This document shows positions 18,735 through 28,891 of a DNA stretch of 64,000 bases, one piece after another. The notes below the pieces were generated by a model. The model worked only from the letters and a program-made list of their open reading frames with translations. It was not told where the DNA came from and ran no database searches. How positions within the stretch are numbered: the first letter of the stretch is position 1; the number at the start of each line of letters is the position of its first letter. The DNA lies in assembly GCA_965649295.1 (NCBI GenBank), contig CBFGKH010000006.1, forward strand, positions 64,001-128,000. Direction: 5' to 3'. Position numbers and translations under genes: made by a program. Source of the DNA: a candidate division WOR-3 bacterium (GTDB taxonomy: Bacteria; Hydrothermota; Tepidihabitantia; Tepidihabitantales; Tepidihabitantaceae).

Positions 18735-19457
18735 GTGAGCCAACCCCAAGCAGCGAGTGATGGTGTGATAGTCAGCACCGACAGGCTCGTGCGCAAGTTC
18801 ACAGTCGGCCGCACCGAGCTCGTTGCCCTGAAAGAAGTAACGTTGCAGTTCCGCCGCGGCGAGTTCGCTGGCCTTGTCGGCCCATCCGGCTCAGGCAAGA
18901 CCACGCTCCTCAACATCATCGGCACGCTCGACACCCCAACCGCTGGTTCGGTCACGGTGCTGGGCCACCAGGTTGAAAAACTCACCGCCACCGCAGCCGC
19001 GGCCCTGCGCAGCCGACGCATCGGCTTCATCTTCCAGACCTTCAATCTGCTGCCGGTCTATACTGCCTACGAGAATGTCGAGTTTCCGCTGCTGCTACTT
19101 GGCCTCACCGCGGCCGAACGCCGCAAGCTCGTCACCGAAGCGCTCGAATGGGTCGGTCTGGCTGACCGAGCCGGCTCACGGCCCAATCAGTTGTCCGGCG
19201 GCGAGAGTCAGCGGGTCGCCATTGCCCGTGCCATTGTCAAGCGCCCCGAACTGGTGCTGGCCGATGAACCGACCGCCAACCTCGATGCCGAGAACTCCCA
19301 CCACATTCTCCGGACAATGGTCAAACTGAATCAGGAGCTGGGAACGACCTTTATCTTCTCAACCCACGATGAGAAGGTCATCGGCTACCTGCGGCGCAAG
19401 ATATCGCTCTTCGATGGTCGGGTGGCCGCTGACGTCACTAAGACCCCCGACGCCTGA
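18735..19457 (+). CDS. ABC transporter ATP-binding protein (LolD/MacB-like)
   Basis: GPSGSGKT, LSGGESQRVAIARA, LADEPTANLD, STHD. Confidence 0.95.
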   Translation: MSQPQAASDGVIVSTDRLVRKFTVGRTELVALKEVTLQFRRGEFAGLVGPSGSGKTTLLNIIGTLDTPTAGSVTVLGHQVEKLTATAAAALRSRRIGFIFQTFNLLPVYTAYENVEFPLLLLGLTAAERRKLVTEALEWVGLADRAGSRPNQLSGGESQRVAIARAIVKRPELVLADEPTANLDAENSHHILRTMVKLNQELGTTFIFSTHDEKVIGYLRRKISLFDGRVAADVTKTPDA

Positions 19458-20629
19458 TGCTCACCATCATCAAACTGGCAATCCGCAACCTGCGTGGCGC
19501 CGGGATTAGAACCTGGCTCAATGCCATCGCCCTCTCGTTCGCGTTTGTCGCCATCATCTTTGGCCAGGGAATGCTGCAGGGCATGAACCGGCAGGCCGAA
19601 GATGCCTCCATTGCCTACGAGTTTGGCGGCGGTCAATACTGGCACTCAGCCTACGACCCCTATGACCCACTGACCCTCGCCGCTGCCCACGGCCCGCTGC
19701 CCGCTGCGCTCGAATCTCTCGCCGCCACCCGCCGAGCCGTACCGATTCTCATTGTCCAGGGCAGCATCTACCCCCAGGGCCGCTTGAAACCGGTGCTGCT
19801 CAAGGGCATTGACCCCGACCAACAGGTTCTCGCCATCCCGACCGCAGCGCTGGCCGACACCACGACCGAGCTGCCGCTCCTCATCGGCACTCGCACTGCT
19901 GCTGCCACCGGACTTGGTGTCGGCGACGAGGTCACGGTGCAGTGGCGTGATGCGGCCGGCGCATTCGACGCCCGCGATGGTCGCATTGTTGCCATAATGA
20001 ACACCAGCGTGATGACAGTTGACGTCGGCCAGGTCTGGCTGCCGCTTGCGACGCTCCGTCAACTTGTCGGCCTGCCGAATGAGGCCACGATTGTCACGGT
20101 TGCCAAAGGAACAGACCGACCGCCATCAGTTGCTGGCTGGGTCTTTCGACCGCTCGACTATCTGCTCGCTGACCTACGGCTGATGGTGAAGTCGAAAACC
20201 GTCGGGCAGACAATCATGTTCACTGTCCTGTTCCTGCTCGCAATGCTGGCCATCTTCGACACCCAGGTTCTCGCTGTCTTCCGCCGGCGACGTGAGATTG
20301 GCATGCTGGTCGCGCTCGGCATGACCAAAGCCAAGGTCATTCTTCTCTTCACCCTCGAAGGCGCACTGCACAGCATCCTTGCCGCGCTGCTCGGCCTGAG
20401 CTACGGTGCGCCGCTATTCTGGCACCTCAGCCGCTACGGCTTTGGCCTGCCGGGCGGCGAGTCCTGGGGCTACGCCCTTGGCGATCGGCTCTACCCGGTC
20501 TTTGGTGCCGGCCTGATACTCGGAACAACATTGCTCGTCTTCGTTACCACCACCTTTGTCGCCTGGCTGCCCACCCGACGCATAGCAAAACTCAGACCGA
20601 CCGATGCACTCGCCGGCCGAGAAACATGA
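19457..20629 (+). CDS. FtsX/LolC-like ABC permease
   Basis: KLAIRNL, TM1, periplasmic domain, RRREIGMLVALGM, three C-terminal TMs. Confidence 0.9.
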   Translation: MLTIIKLAIRNLRGAGIRTWLNAIALSFAFVAIIFGQGMLQGMNRQAEDASIAYEFGGGQYWHSAYDPYDPLTLAAAHGPLPAALESLAATRRAVPILIVQGSIYPQGRLKPVLLKGIDPDQQVLAIPTAALADTTTELPLLIGTRTAAATGLGVGDEVTVQWRDAAGAFDARDGRIVAIMNTSVMTVDVGQVWLPLATLRQLVGLPNEATIVTVAKGTDRPPSVAGWVFRPLDYLLADLRLMVKSKTVGQTIMFTVLFLLAMLAIFDTQVLAVFRRRREIGMLVALGMTKAKVILLFTLEGALHSILAALLGLSYGAPLFWHLSRYGFGLPGGESWGYALGDRLYPVFGAGLILGTTLLVFVTTTFVAWLPTRRIAKLRPTDALAGRET

Positions 20630-20708
20630 CCAGAACTGACCGCGGCCCCTTCTTGCCGTCCTCCAACCCGGCTGGCCGATGGTCTGGTCTTTCCTCATTT
20701 CTAGGCTG

Positions 20709-21968
20709 ATGATTTGGTTTCTCGCCAAGGGTCTGCTGCGTGACCGCTCGCGCAGCCTGTTTCCGCTCTTGACCTGCGCCATCGGTGTCGCTCTTGTCGT
20801 CCTGATGGACGCCTATCTACGGGGCGCTACCGACTCGATGTTCAAGGCAACTGCCAGTTTTGTCTGCGGCCATCTCCGCGTCACCACCCGTGCCTATGCC
20901 CGAGCCGGTGCCGATGCGACCAACGAACTCGCTATCATTGGTCTCGATAGCCTGCTGGCCGAGCTCCGCCGCGACTTCCCGTCGGTCACCTGGACACCGC
21001 GCATCCGTTTCAGCGGCCTGATTGACGTGCCCGATAAGAACGGTGAGACCCGGATTCAGTCTCCTGCGGCTGGCCTAGCAGTTGACCTGTCGCCGGCAAG
21101 CCCAGAGCACCAACTGCTCCGACTAGCCAAGTCGCTTGCTGCCGGCCGCCTGCCCTCCTCGCCGGGTGAGGCACTAGTCGCTGACGACTTCGCCCGCCGA
21201 CTCGGCTTGCGCCCCGGCGACCGGTTCACCTACATCGGCTCGACGATGAATGGCAGCCTGGCGACCTACACCTTCACCCTCGCGGGCACGATTCGTTTCG
21301 GTATCAGCCTGATGGACCGCGGTGCCGTGCTCGCCGACATCCGTGATGCCCAGCAGGCCCTCGATATGGCAGACGCAGCAGACATGGTCCTGGGATTTCT
21401 GCCCGGCAGTTACGACGACCGGCTGGCCACCCAGTTGGCCAGCCGCTACAAATCGGCCGCGACTGACGACTATGCTCCGGTCATCGAGACGATGCGCCAG
21501 GCCAGTGGCATGGGCTCGCTGTTCGACATAATGGCGCTGGCCTCAGCGCTCATTATTGGTATCTTTGTTACCGCGATGGCGGTCGTGCTCTGGAATGCTG
21601 GCCTGATGAGCAGCCTCCGTCGCTACGGCGAGATTGGTCTGCGCTTGGCAATCGGCGAATCCAAGGGCCACGTCTATCGCTCGCTGCTGGTCGAGGCGTT
21701 CCTTGTCGGTCTCGTCGGCTCCGCGATTGGCACCATTATTGGTCTTGGCTTCAGCTACTACCTGCAGGAAGTCGGTATCAACATCGCCGGAATGATGCCC
21801 AATGCGACGGTCGTAATTGATGACATCCTCCGTGCTCGGATTGGGCCACTCAGCACAGTCATTGGGTTTGTGCCCGGACTACTCGCCACTTTCATCGGCG
21901 CCGCGATATCCGGCCTCGGCGTGTTCCGGCGCCAGACCGCCTTTCTGATAAAGGAGCTCGGCGCATGA
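20709..21968 (+). CDS. FtsX/LolE-like ABC permease
   Basis: LLRDRSRSL, RRYGEIGLRLAIGE, C-terminal TMs; start could be 20679. Confidence 0.9.
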   Translation: MIWFLAKGLLRDRSRSLFPLLTCAIGVALVVLMDAYLRGATDSMFKATASFVCGHLRVTTRAYARAGADATNELAIIGLDSLLAELRRDFPSVTWTPRIRFSGLIDVPDKNGETRIQSPAAGLAVDLSPASPEHQLLRLAKSLAAGRLPSSPGEALVADDFARRLGLRPGDRFTYIGSTMNGSLATYTFTLAGTIRFGISLMDRGAVLADIRDAQQALDMADAADMVLGFLPGSYDDRLATQLASRYKSAATDDYAPVIETMRQASGMGSLFDIMALASALIIGIFVTAMAVVLWNAGLMSSLRRYGEIGLRLAIGESKGHVYRSLLVEAFLVGLVGSAIGTIIGLGFSYYLQEVGINIAGMMPNATVVIDDILRARIGPLSTVIGFVPGLLATFIGAAISGLGVFRRQTAFLIKELGA

Positions 21969-22768
21969 GTTCACTTGGTGCCTTGGTTGTTACTAGCCCC
22001 GCCCTCCGCCGTCTCTGCCTTGGTGTCATTCTCGCCGCTTTGTCTCTTGGTGCCTTGGTGATTACTCCTCCTGCCCGCGCTGCTGAGCCGCCGAACGGTG
22101 ATTGGATTCTCCGCCAGCTGGACGAGAACGCCTACGCAACGACGCGCGTGGCTGTCGTCCAGATGGTCATTCACCTCGCCCGCACGACTCGCACGGTGAA
22201 GGCGAAGTCGTGGGTGTCTGGCTTGGACAAGTCATTCACCCAGTTTCTATACCCGGAGCGCGACAAAGGGACCAAGCTGCTCAAGCTTGGCGATGAACTA
22301 TGGCTGTACACCCCTGCGACCGACCGAACAATCAAGCTCTCCGGCAGTATGCTCCGCCAGTCAGTGATGGGCTCGGACTTGTCCTACGAGGACCTGATGG
22401 AGGCCAGTCGGCTCGCCGGCCGCTACTCGGCCACTGTCGTCGGCGAGGACACGGCTGCGGGCCGGCAGTGCTGGGTGCTGGCTTTGACCGCGAAGTCCGG
22501 TGACGCTAGCTACGCCTCGCGCCGGCTTTGGGTGGACAAGGAACGGTTCGTGCCGCTGCGCGAGAACCGCTACGCCAAGAGCGGCAAGCTGCTCAAGACC
22601 ACTGTCGTCAGCAGTGTTCGCCGGATTGGCAGCCGTTGGATACCTGACCAGGTCTCTTTCAAGGATGCACTGAGGACTGGCGCCGGCACCGACTTCATTC
22701 TCGACTCAATCTGGCTCGACGTGCCAATACCAGCCCACCTCTTCTCCAAGGCCGCGCTCAAGCAGTAG
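21965..22768 (+). CDS. Outer-membrane lipoprotein-sorting protein (LolA-like)
   Basis: FLYPERDKGTKLLK..LWLYTP..QSVMGSDLSYED..RLWVDKE..GKLLKT. Confidence 0.85.
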   Translation: MSSLGALVVTSPALRRLCLGVILAALSLGALVITPPARAAEPPNGDWILRQLDENAYATTRVAVVQMVIHLARTTRTVKAKSWVSGLDKSFTQFLYPERDKGTKLLKLGDELWLYTPATDRTIKLSGSMLRQSVMGSDLSYEDLMEASRLAGRYSATVVGEDTAAGRQCWVLALTAKSGDASYASRRLWVDKERFVPLRENRYAKSGKLLKTTVVSSVRRIGSRWIPDQVSFKDALRTGAGTDFILDSIWLDVPIPAHLFSKAALKQ

Positions 22769-22908
22769 CCTGCCCGCGGTCACCGGCTCCGGCGCGGCTG
22801 ACTACAAAGACCCCACTAACACCAAGCCCGGGCCCGGTCTTGGTCGAACCCCGCGACCGTCGGTTCCAATCGCGATACGACCCTCCTTGTGCCTTCGGGT
22901 TTGGTGCC

Positions 22909-23799
22909 TCAGGGCTTCTTCTCATCTGCTCCCAGCGCCTGCGCTAGGGCTTCGGCTGCCTGGCCAAGCCCGCTAACGTAGTCAACCCGACCGGTCGAGT
23001 CGGTCAGCAGGGGATTGAGCACAATCACCCGAACGCCGGTCTCGGCCGCCAGCATCTTCGGCAGGGCTGACGGCAGTTGGGGTTCGGTCGTCACAACCCG
23101 AACACCGGTCTCACGGATTAGTCTCGTCAAGCCGGCCAGTTCTCGAGCTGAAGGTTCCTGTCCCGGCTTCGGCTCGACAGTGGCAACAACCTCGTACCCG
23201 AACCGGCGGCAGAAATATGGCCAGGCGTCGTGGAAAGAGATAAACCGCCGGTCCTTGACCTGCCCAGCCTGAGCCAGAATTGCTGCGCTGAGACTGTCGA
23301 GCCGCTGGGCATAGGTCTGTGCTCGCTGCCGGTACAAACTCTCGGCCGGCGGGTCAGTTGCCGCCAGTACATCGGCCAGCCGCTTGACCAACCGCTTAGC
23401 ATACTCCGGGTCAAGCCAGATGTGTGGGTTACCGCCGTGGCCCTGCTCGTCATCAGCGATAACGTCATCAACAACATCGGCCACCGCCACAACCCGCAGC
23501 CGGCGGTTGCCCGCATTCTCAACCACCGGGTCAAGCCACTCCTCAAGACCAAGTCCAATCTGAAGCAGCACATCGGCCCTGGCCAGCGCCTCCACCGCTG
23601 CTGGCCCTGGTTCAAAGGTGTGGGGACTCTCGTTTCCCCTAAGCAGGGTTGTGACAGTTACTCGCTCGCCGCCGACCTGATTGGCCCAGTCTGCGAGCAC
23701 CCCCAGTGTTGCCACGACTCGCACCTTGGTTGAGTCTTGCCTTGGCGCTGGCCCACAACCTGTCCAGAGCAGAAGAAGGAGAATCATCATCGGTCGCAT
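22909..23799 (-). CDS. Metal ABC transporter substrate-binding lipoprotein (ZnuA/MntC family)
   Basis: Lipobox WTG-C; SPHTFEP, NPHIWLDP, FHDAWPYF, EPSARELA. Confidence 0.92.
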   Translation of the reverse strand: MRPMMILLLLLWTGCGPAPRQDSTKVRVVATLGVLADWANQVGGERVTVTTLLRGNESPHTFEPGPAAVEALARADVLLQIGLGLEEWLDPVVENAGNRRLRVVAVADVVDDVIADDEQGHGGNPHIWLDPEYAKRLVKRLADVLAATDPPAESLYRQRAQTYAQRLDSLSAAILAQAGQVKDRRFISFHDAWPYFCRRFGYEVVATVEPKPGQEPSARELAGLTRLIRETGVRVVTTEPQLPSALPKMLAAETGVRVIVLNPLLTDSTGRVDYVSGLGQAAEALAQALGADEKKP

Positions 23800-23891
23800 G
23801 GCGCCATCATAGGTAGTCAACTGCGGCTGTCAATCTGCTGGCTGGACTTGACAACTCCGAACCGGCGGTTAGAACTGTGGCGGAGGCAACT

Positions 23892-25088
23892 ATGCCCAAA
23901 CACCACTTGCTGTCACCAGGCTCGGTCGGGTTCCTAGTGCTGGTTCTGCTGCTCGCACCCGGCTCCGGCCTGGCCCAGAGCAGTTCCGACATCCACGAAG
24001 GCCGCGGCAGTTTTCTGATTCAGCAGATACCGCTCGGCATCTGGTATGGCGTCGGCACCGGGCTCTTTCTGACCAACGAGAGCACGCCGGCCAAGACCAC
24101 GACCGCCATCACCCTGCTCAGCGCCTCTGCCTTCTACTTTGTGCCAATGGCCATCATCTGGAACAAGCCGATGTCCAATGCTCAGGCCCATCTTTCAGTG
24201 GCACTGGGCTATCGCGGCATTCCTGCCGGGTTTGCTCTCGGCGACCTGCTCAATGTCGGTCGCGAGCGAGTCTATGACCCCTACTCGCACGTCTATTACG
24301 ACCGCTACAATTTCCGACCGCGGTTTGGTCTGATGGTGGCAACCAGCCTCGCCAGTCAAGTCGGCGGCTACTTTCTTAGCCGTGACCTGTCGCTTGGCCG
24401 TGCCACGCTCGTGACCGCATATGCTGACTTTGGCTGGGCCGACGGCCTATTGGTCTGGACTGCTGCCCGCAACGCAACTGACGATAGCGACCTCAAAAGC
24501 TCGCCATTCTTTCTTGCCGGCCTCAGTGCCGGCACCGCCGTCGGCTGGCTACGCCAGCAGCGGCTCGACCCCACCGAAGGCCAGGTCACTTTTGGCCGTG
24601 TTGCCGGCACACTCGGCGCGGTAATCCCGCCTGCCCTCATCTGGTCACTAACCGGCTGGGGCAACGAGGGCAAAGAACCGGCCTGGCTTGCCTCACTCGC
24701 AATAATTGGCAACCTCGCCGGTGTCTATCTGGGCGAACAGACCATCCGCGATGTTCCGCTCTCAACTGGTGACGGCTACATCGTTGTTGGTTGCACTGCC
24801 GGCGGCGCACTGGCTGGAGCCGGCCTTGGCTGGGGGCTGGCTGATGACGACGCCCCTGACATGTCCCGACCAATCATCGGTGTCGGCACACTCGGCGCAG
24901 CCATCGGGATGGGCATCGGCGGCTGGCTGACTCACGTCTGGCCGAAAAAGGTTGCCTACGACCCAAAGCCCGAGTGCGACCGCTGGGCCCGAGTCCACCT
25001 GAACCTCGGTGCGGGCATCAGTGCCGCGTCGGGCTGTCTCATCAACCGCGAGTTTTTTGCTCCGCACCTGGTAACTATCGAGTTCTAG
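23892..25088 (+). CDS. Gly/Ala-rich multi-pass membrane protein, function unknown
   Basis: GGAGG RBS before ATG 23892; signal peptide and about ten hydrophobic segments. Confidence 0.65.
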   Translation: MPKHHLLSPGSVGFLVLVLLLAPGSGLAQSSSDIHEGRGSFLIQQIPLGIWYGVGTGLFLTNESTPAKTTTAITLLSASAFYFVPMAIIWNKPMSNAQAHLSVALGYRGIPAGFALGDLLNVGRERVYDPYSHVYYDRYNFRPRFGLMVATSLASQVGGYFLSRDLSLGRATLVTAYADFGWADGLLVWTAARNATDDSDLKSSPFFLAGLSAGTAVGWLRQQRLDPTEGQVTFGRVAGTLGAVIPPALIWSLTGWGNEGKEPAWLASLAIIGNLAGVYLGEQTIRDVPLSTGDGYIVVGCTAGGALAGAGLGWGLADDDAPDMSRPIIGVGTLGAAIGMGIGGWLTHVWPKKVAYDPKPECDRWARVHLNLGAGISAASGCLINREFFAPHLVTIEF

Positions 25089-25091
25089 CCG

Positions 25092-25562
25092 ATGCACCGC
25101 TGTCTGTCGCTTCTTTTCTGCCTGCTGCTGGCCGCAGCCTGCCAACACTCCTACTACTGTGGCCTCGACCCGTCTTCCACCCCGGCCAGACCGGTCTTTG
25201 ACTTTGGCACCAGCGCCAACCTCGCTGGCACGGCCAAGGTCAACGCCGTGACTATCTCTGGCACGCCGCCCCCAGACGCCTGTGCACCGGACTGGCACCT
25301 GTTCTGGTCAATTGCCACCAGTGGCAGCGAGCCATACCGAGAACTGGACAAGCTCGAATACGGCGCTCTGCCGGCCGGCTTTCAAGTTATCGTGCCGGCG
25401 GAAACGCTCCTCGCCGAATACATCTACGAAGTCCACATCGGCTATCACGGCATCGGCACTGACTGCTACTTTGAGATTTCCGCCGACTCGCTCGGCGTAA
25501 GAACCATTCGGCCCCTGACCGAGGCCGAATACCGCGCCATCGTCTTTTCGCCCGGCGGCTGA
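25092..25562 (+). CDS. Hypothetical lipoprotein
   Basis: LAAA-C lipobox; 3 nt after previous stop. Confidence 0.6.
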   Translation: MHRCLSLLFCLLLAAACQHSYYCGLDPSSTPARPVFDFGTSANLAGTAKVNAVTISGTPPPDACAPDWHLFWSIATSGSEPYRELDKLEYGALPAGFQVIVPAETLLAEYIYEVHIGYHGIGTDCYFEISADSLGVRTIRPLTEAEYRAIVFSPGG

Positions 25563-25619
25563 GGCAACTAGTGACCGGTGCCGGGTGCGCCCACTATCTC
25601 TTCTGAAAGGAATCCGACC

Positions 25620-25958
25620 TTGAAACAGCTACTCGGAGTCTGCGGCATTGACTGTGCCGCCTGCAATGCCCGCATTGCGACCCTGACCAACGACGATACC
25701 TTGCGCGCCCGCACCGCGGCCGAATGGTCAAAGCTGTTCGGCCACAACTTCAAGCCCGAGGAAATCAACTGCGCCGGCTGCAACGCCGATGGCCGGCACG
25801 TTTACTACTGCGACGCGATGTGCGAAATCAGGAAGTGCGGCCGCGACCGCAAGGACCTAACCTGCGCCGAATGTGGCGACTTCGCCTGCGCAAAGCTGAC
25901 TGCCTTTCTAAAGCAGGTGCCGGAGGCCGAGAAGAACCTCAAGGCACGCCGCGGCTAG
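25620..25958 (+). CDS. DUF3795-like Cys-rich protein
   Basis: VCGIDCAAC..INCAGC..YCDAMCEIRKC..TCAECGDFAC. Confidence 0.82.
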   Translation: MKQLLGVCGIDCAACNARIATLTNDDTLRARTAAEWSKLFGHNFKPEEINCAGCNADGRHVYYCDAMCEIRKCGRDRKDLTCAECGDFACAKLTAFLKQVPEAEKNLKARRG

Positions 25959-26008
25959 CCGAAGCCACCGAGCTGACAAGCGGACAGCGCTCCAATCCTG
26001 ACCCGGAA

Positions 26009-27721
26009 CTAGCTGACTATCAGCCGAACCGGTCGGGCCATGCCGTCGCGCAGAAAATAGACACCAGGCCTGATGGCTGTCGGCAGGGTAACGGCGTTAC
26101 GGCTGTCGGCTCGGAGAACGGCAACCTGCCGGCCGCTCTCGTCGAATAGGCCAACGGCTGGTCCGAATGAACTACCGAGGCGCACCTTTCCGCCAGCCCG
26201 GACAACTGTCGGCATGACCGTCACTGCTAGATAAGTTCGTCCCGGTCGCTCCTCGGCAATTCCTGCTGACGGCGCGACATAACGACCGGTCCGCTGCATG
26301 TCAAACTGATAGGTCGGCCACTCCCAAGCCTGCCGGTTGAAAGGCACCCCCGCATTCCATACCGACACCTGAAGCTGTCCCGCCTCCGACGACACACCGA
26401 CAATGTCCATCGTGTCATCGCCATTCACATCAGCGACGGTCGCGCCGTTCAGATAGGTGAACCCATACGGCCGCAGCGGCCAGCCGCTGACCAACGAGCC
26501 GTCATGATGAACTGCCCAGAGAAACCCAAGCGTGTCCGCACTCGTTATCATGTTGCTCGTGAAGATAATCTCCATATCCCCATCACCGTCGAGGTCGCAG
26601 ACTGTCAGATTCCCCTCAGCACCGGCTCCACTCTGGGAAACATAGGGAAACCCTGGCAGCAACAGGCCATTCGGATTGAACGCATAGAGCACCGGCATCG
26701 GCACCATTCCTCCGGCAATGCCGTGAATCACTTTCAGTTCACCGTCGCGATACAGGTCGGCAACCGTTGGCGGACAGTAGGTCCAGTTACTGTAGGAAAA
26801 CGGCCAGCCGGGCTGGATGACGCCGTTGTGGCGAACGACATAACAACCGCCCCCGTTCTGATGCATCCCAAAGACAATCTCCAATGTGTCATCACCGTCA
26901 ATATCGGCAAGCGCCGGCGACTGATACGAAAAAGAGCGACCATTGGGCTGGGTCAGCGGCCAACCCGGCAGGAGACTACCGTCGGGGTGAAAGAGATAGC
27001 AAGAGTAATAGGAGAAGGCAACAATCTCCGGTGTTCCGTCCCGATTGATGTCAGCCACTCCGCACCCGGCTGCTGGTACATGGTCAAGTGGCTGCGGCCA
27101 GCCCGGCAGCTCAGTCGCGTTGTGCCGCAGCACATGCACTTTCCCAATCGGATAGTTGCGCTCAAGCACAATCACTTCGAGGGTGTCGTCACCATCAACA
27201 TCGGCCAAGGTCGGCGAGTCCTCAAAGTTACCGTTCTGACCCCGATACGGCCAGCCCGGCTTGATTCGGCCGTTCTCACCGATGAGATAGACCGCACCGC
27301 CCGACACGAGCCCGCGCGTCGAAACCGCCACTTCGATTTCGCCGTCTCGGTCAACATCGGCGGCTGCTGCCGCATACTGGCATGAGTCACCGCTCAGGGC
27401 CACTGGCCAGCCCGGGTAAGGGGTGCCGTCGTAGCGCCAGCAGTGGACACTGGTGTGTGCCGGCATTACCAACTCCAACCGGCCGTCGTTGTCGAAATCG
27501 GCGAGCGTAATGCCCCGCGCTGGCGAGAACAGCCCAGACTGCACACGAAGCGGCCAGCCCGGCAGTTGCTCCAGTTCATCACGACCGACAACCGGTATCG
27601 GCTCTACGGCCATCTCGACACTCTGCAGACCGGCTAGCACCCCTTCCGGGCCAGAAACGCTCATCCGCAGGAGATTCGCACTAACCAGCCCCAACAATAC
27701 AGCTATCATGGCAATGGGCAT
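26009..27721 (-). CDS. FG-GAP/VCBS repeat beta-propeller protein with C-terminal sorting domain
   Basis: Repeated PGWP...AD(V/I)DGDxxLE motifs; PGVYFL..RLIVS; GAGGTG RBS. Confidence 0.88.
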   Translation of the reverse strand: MPIAMIAVLLGLVSANLLRMSVSGPEGVLAGLQSVEMAVEPIPVVGRDELEQLPGWPLRVQSGLFSPARGITLADFDNDGRLELVMPAHTSVHCWRYDGTPYPGWPVALSGDSCQYAAAAADVDRDGEIEVAVSTRGLVSGGAVYLIGENGRIKPGWPYRGQNGNFEDSPTLADVDGDDTLEVIVLERNYPIGKVHVLRHNATELPGWPQPLDHVPAAGCGVADINRDGTPEIVAFSYYSCYLFHPDGSLLPGWPLTQPNGRSFSYQSPALADIDGDDTLEIVFGMHQNGGGCYVVRHNGVIQPGWPFSYSNWTYCPPTVADLYRDGELKVIHGIAGGMVPMPVLYAFNPNGLLLPGFPYVSQSGAGAEGNLTVCDLDGDGDMEIIFTSNMITSADTLGFLWAVHHDGSLVSGWPLRPYGFTYLNGATVADVNGDDTMDIVGVSSEAGQLQVSVWNAGVPFNRQAWEWPTYQFDMQRTGRYVAPSAGIAEERPGRTYLAVTVMPTVVRAGGKVRLGSSFGPAVGLFDESGRQVAVLRADSRNAVTLPTAIRPGVYFLRDGMARPVRLIVS

Positions 27722-27983
27722 ATGTCACCTCTTTTGGCCGACAGTTCAACAACTTATAGCGGATGACAAGCAGAGGGTCAAGCCACCAATCCGACGGCTG
27801 AATCTCCCGACAGAACCGCAGGTCTAAACTCAGACTTGGAGATGTAAGATGAAGAACACCAATCGCACCACCAGCCCCCCTGTCAGCAATAGTAAACTGA
27901 CAAGGATGACTGGTGGTGCGTTTCTCTTTGGCTTGTCCACTGCTTACCGACTGCGTGCCCATCGGCACGGTCAGGAGGTTACC

Positions 27984-28835
27984 ATGAAAAGGATCGTCGG
28001 TCTGGCAATTATCATTTCGCTCGCGGGCAGTGCGCCGGCCCAGAGCGTCAATCTTCCGAACAATTACGGCGCGTCGTTCCCTATTCCCAACCCGGCAGTT
28101 GTGATGTCGCCGGTTCTCGATCCCGCTGACTTTTCGCTTGGACTACGGAGCCGGTCATCTTCCGATGAACTAGTCACCATTCCCACCCCCCTTGGCCCGA
28201 ACCGGTCGGTAGTCAAGCCTGGTGTCGTCAATCCTGATGACCCAGCGCCGGTTGATATTGAGAACCCACCGCTGCGCCGCGCAAGCGACGCCGGGATTGA
28301 CGGACCAGTACTGATTCCCATCCCGGTCCGTCCTAACCGCTCAGTTGTCCGTCCCAGCACAATCAATCCTGATGACCCGGCACCGACCAATCCCTATGCT
28401 GTTGTTCGTCCGTCCATCATCAACCCTGATGACATTGGCACTGACATCCAGACTCCGCCCTCGGTAGTCCGGCCCGGCATTATCAACCCTGATGACCAGC
28501 AGGTTAGTGATGTTCCGGCTATCGAGGAAGGTCGCTATCCCCTGTCTCGCGTGGGTCCTAATCTTGCTCTCGATGTCCGTTCCCGTAGCCCGTTCTTCAG
28601 TGACCGTATTGAACTGGCCTTCGGGCCGTCCCTTGTCGGTCGCACTCTCGCAGCCGAGCTATACGACATGAGCGGCCGACAGCTCCTCCGGTCGGCACTG
28701 CGCGCCGGCGCTTCATCCACCCTCAGTTCACCACTGCTGCGCGCGCTTCCTGCCGGTAACTACCTGCTCAAGCTCACCTGTGACTGCGGCCCGGACATGT
28801 ATCGGCTCTTGAAGGTCTCCAAGCCGCTGGACTAA
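27984..28835 (+). CDS. Secreted Pro-rich protein with VVxPxxxNPDD repeats and C-terminal sorting-like domain
   Basis: AGGAGG RBS, signal peptide, four NPDD repeats, AIEE linker, LYDMSGR..LPAGNYLLKL. Confidence 0.72.
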   Translation: MKRIVGLAIIISLAGSAPAQSVNLPNNYGASFPIPNPAVVMSPVLDPADFSLGLRSRSSSDELVTIPTPLGPNRSVVKPGVVNPDDPAPVDIENPPLRRASDAGIDGPVLIPIPVRPNRSVVRPSTINPDDPAPTNPYAVVRPSIINPDDIGTDIQTPPSVVRPGIINPDDQQVSDVPAIEEGRYPLSRVGPNLALDVRSRSPFFSDRIELAFGPSLVGRTLAAELYDMSGRQLLRSALRAGASSTLSSPLLRALPAGNYLLKLTCDCGPDMYRLLKVSKPLD

Positions 28836-28849
28836 TCCGGCGGTTGCGA

Positions 28850-28877
28850 GCAGCGGGCGGGACATCCCGCCCGCTGC
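28850..28877. terminator. Hairpin between convergent genes
   Basis: GCAGCGGGCGGG-ACAT-CCCGCCCGCTGC. Confidence 0.72.
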
Positions 28878-28891
28878 CGCTTTCTACTGTT

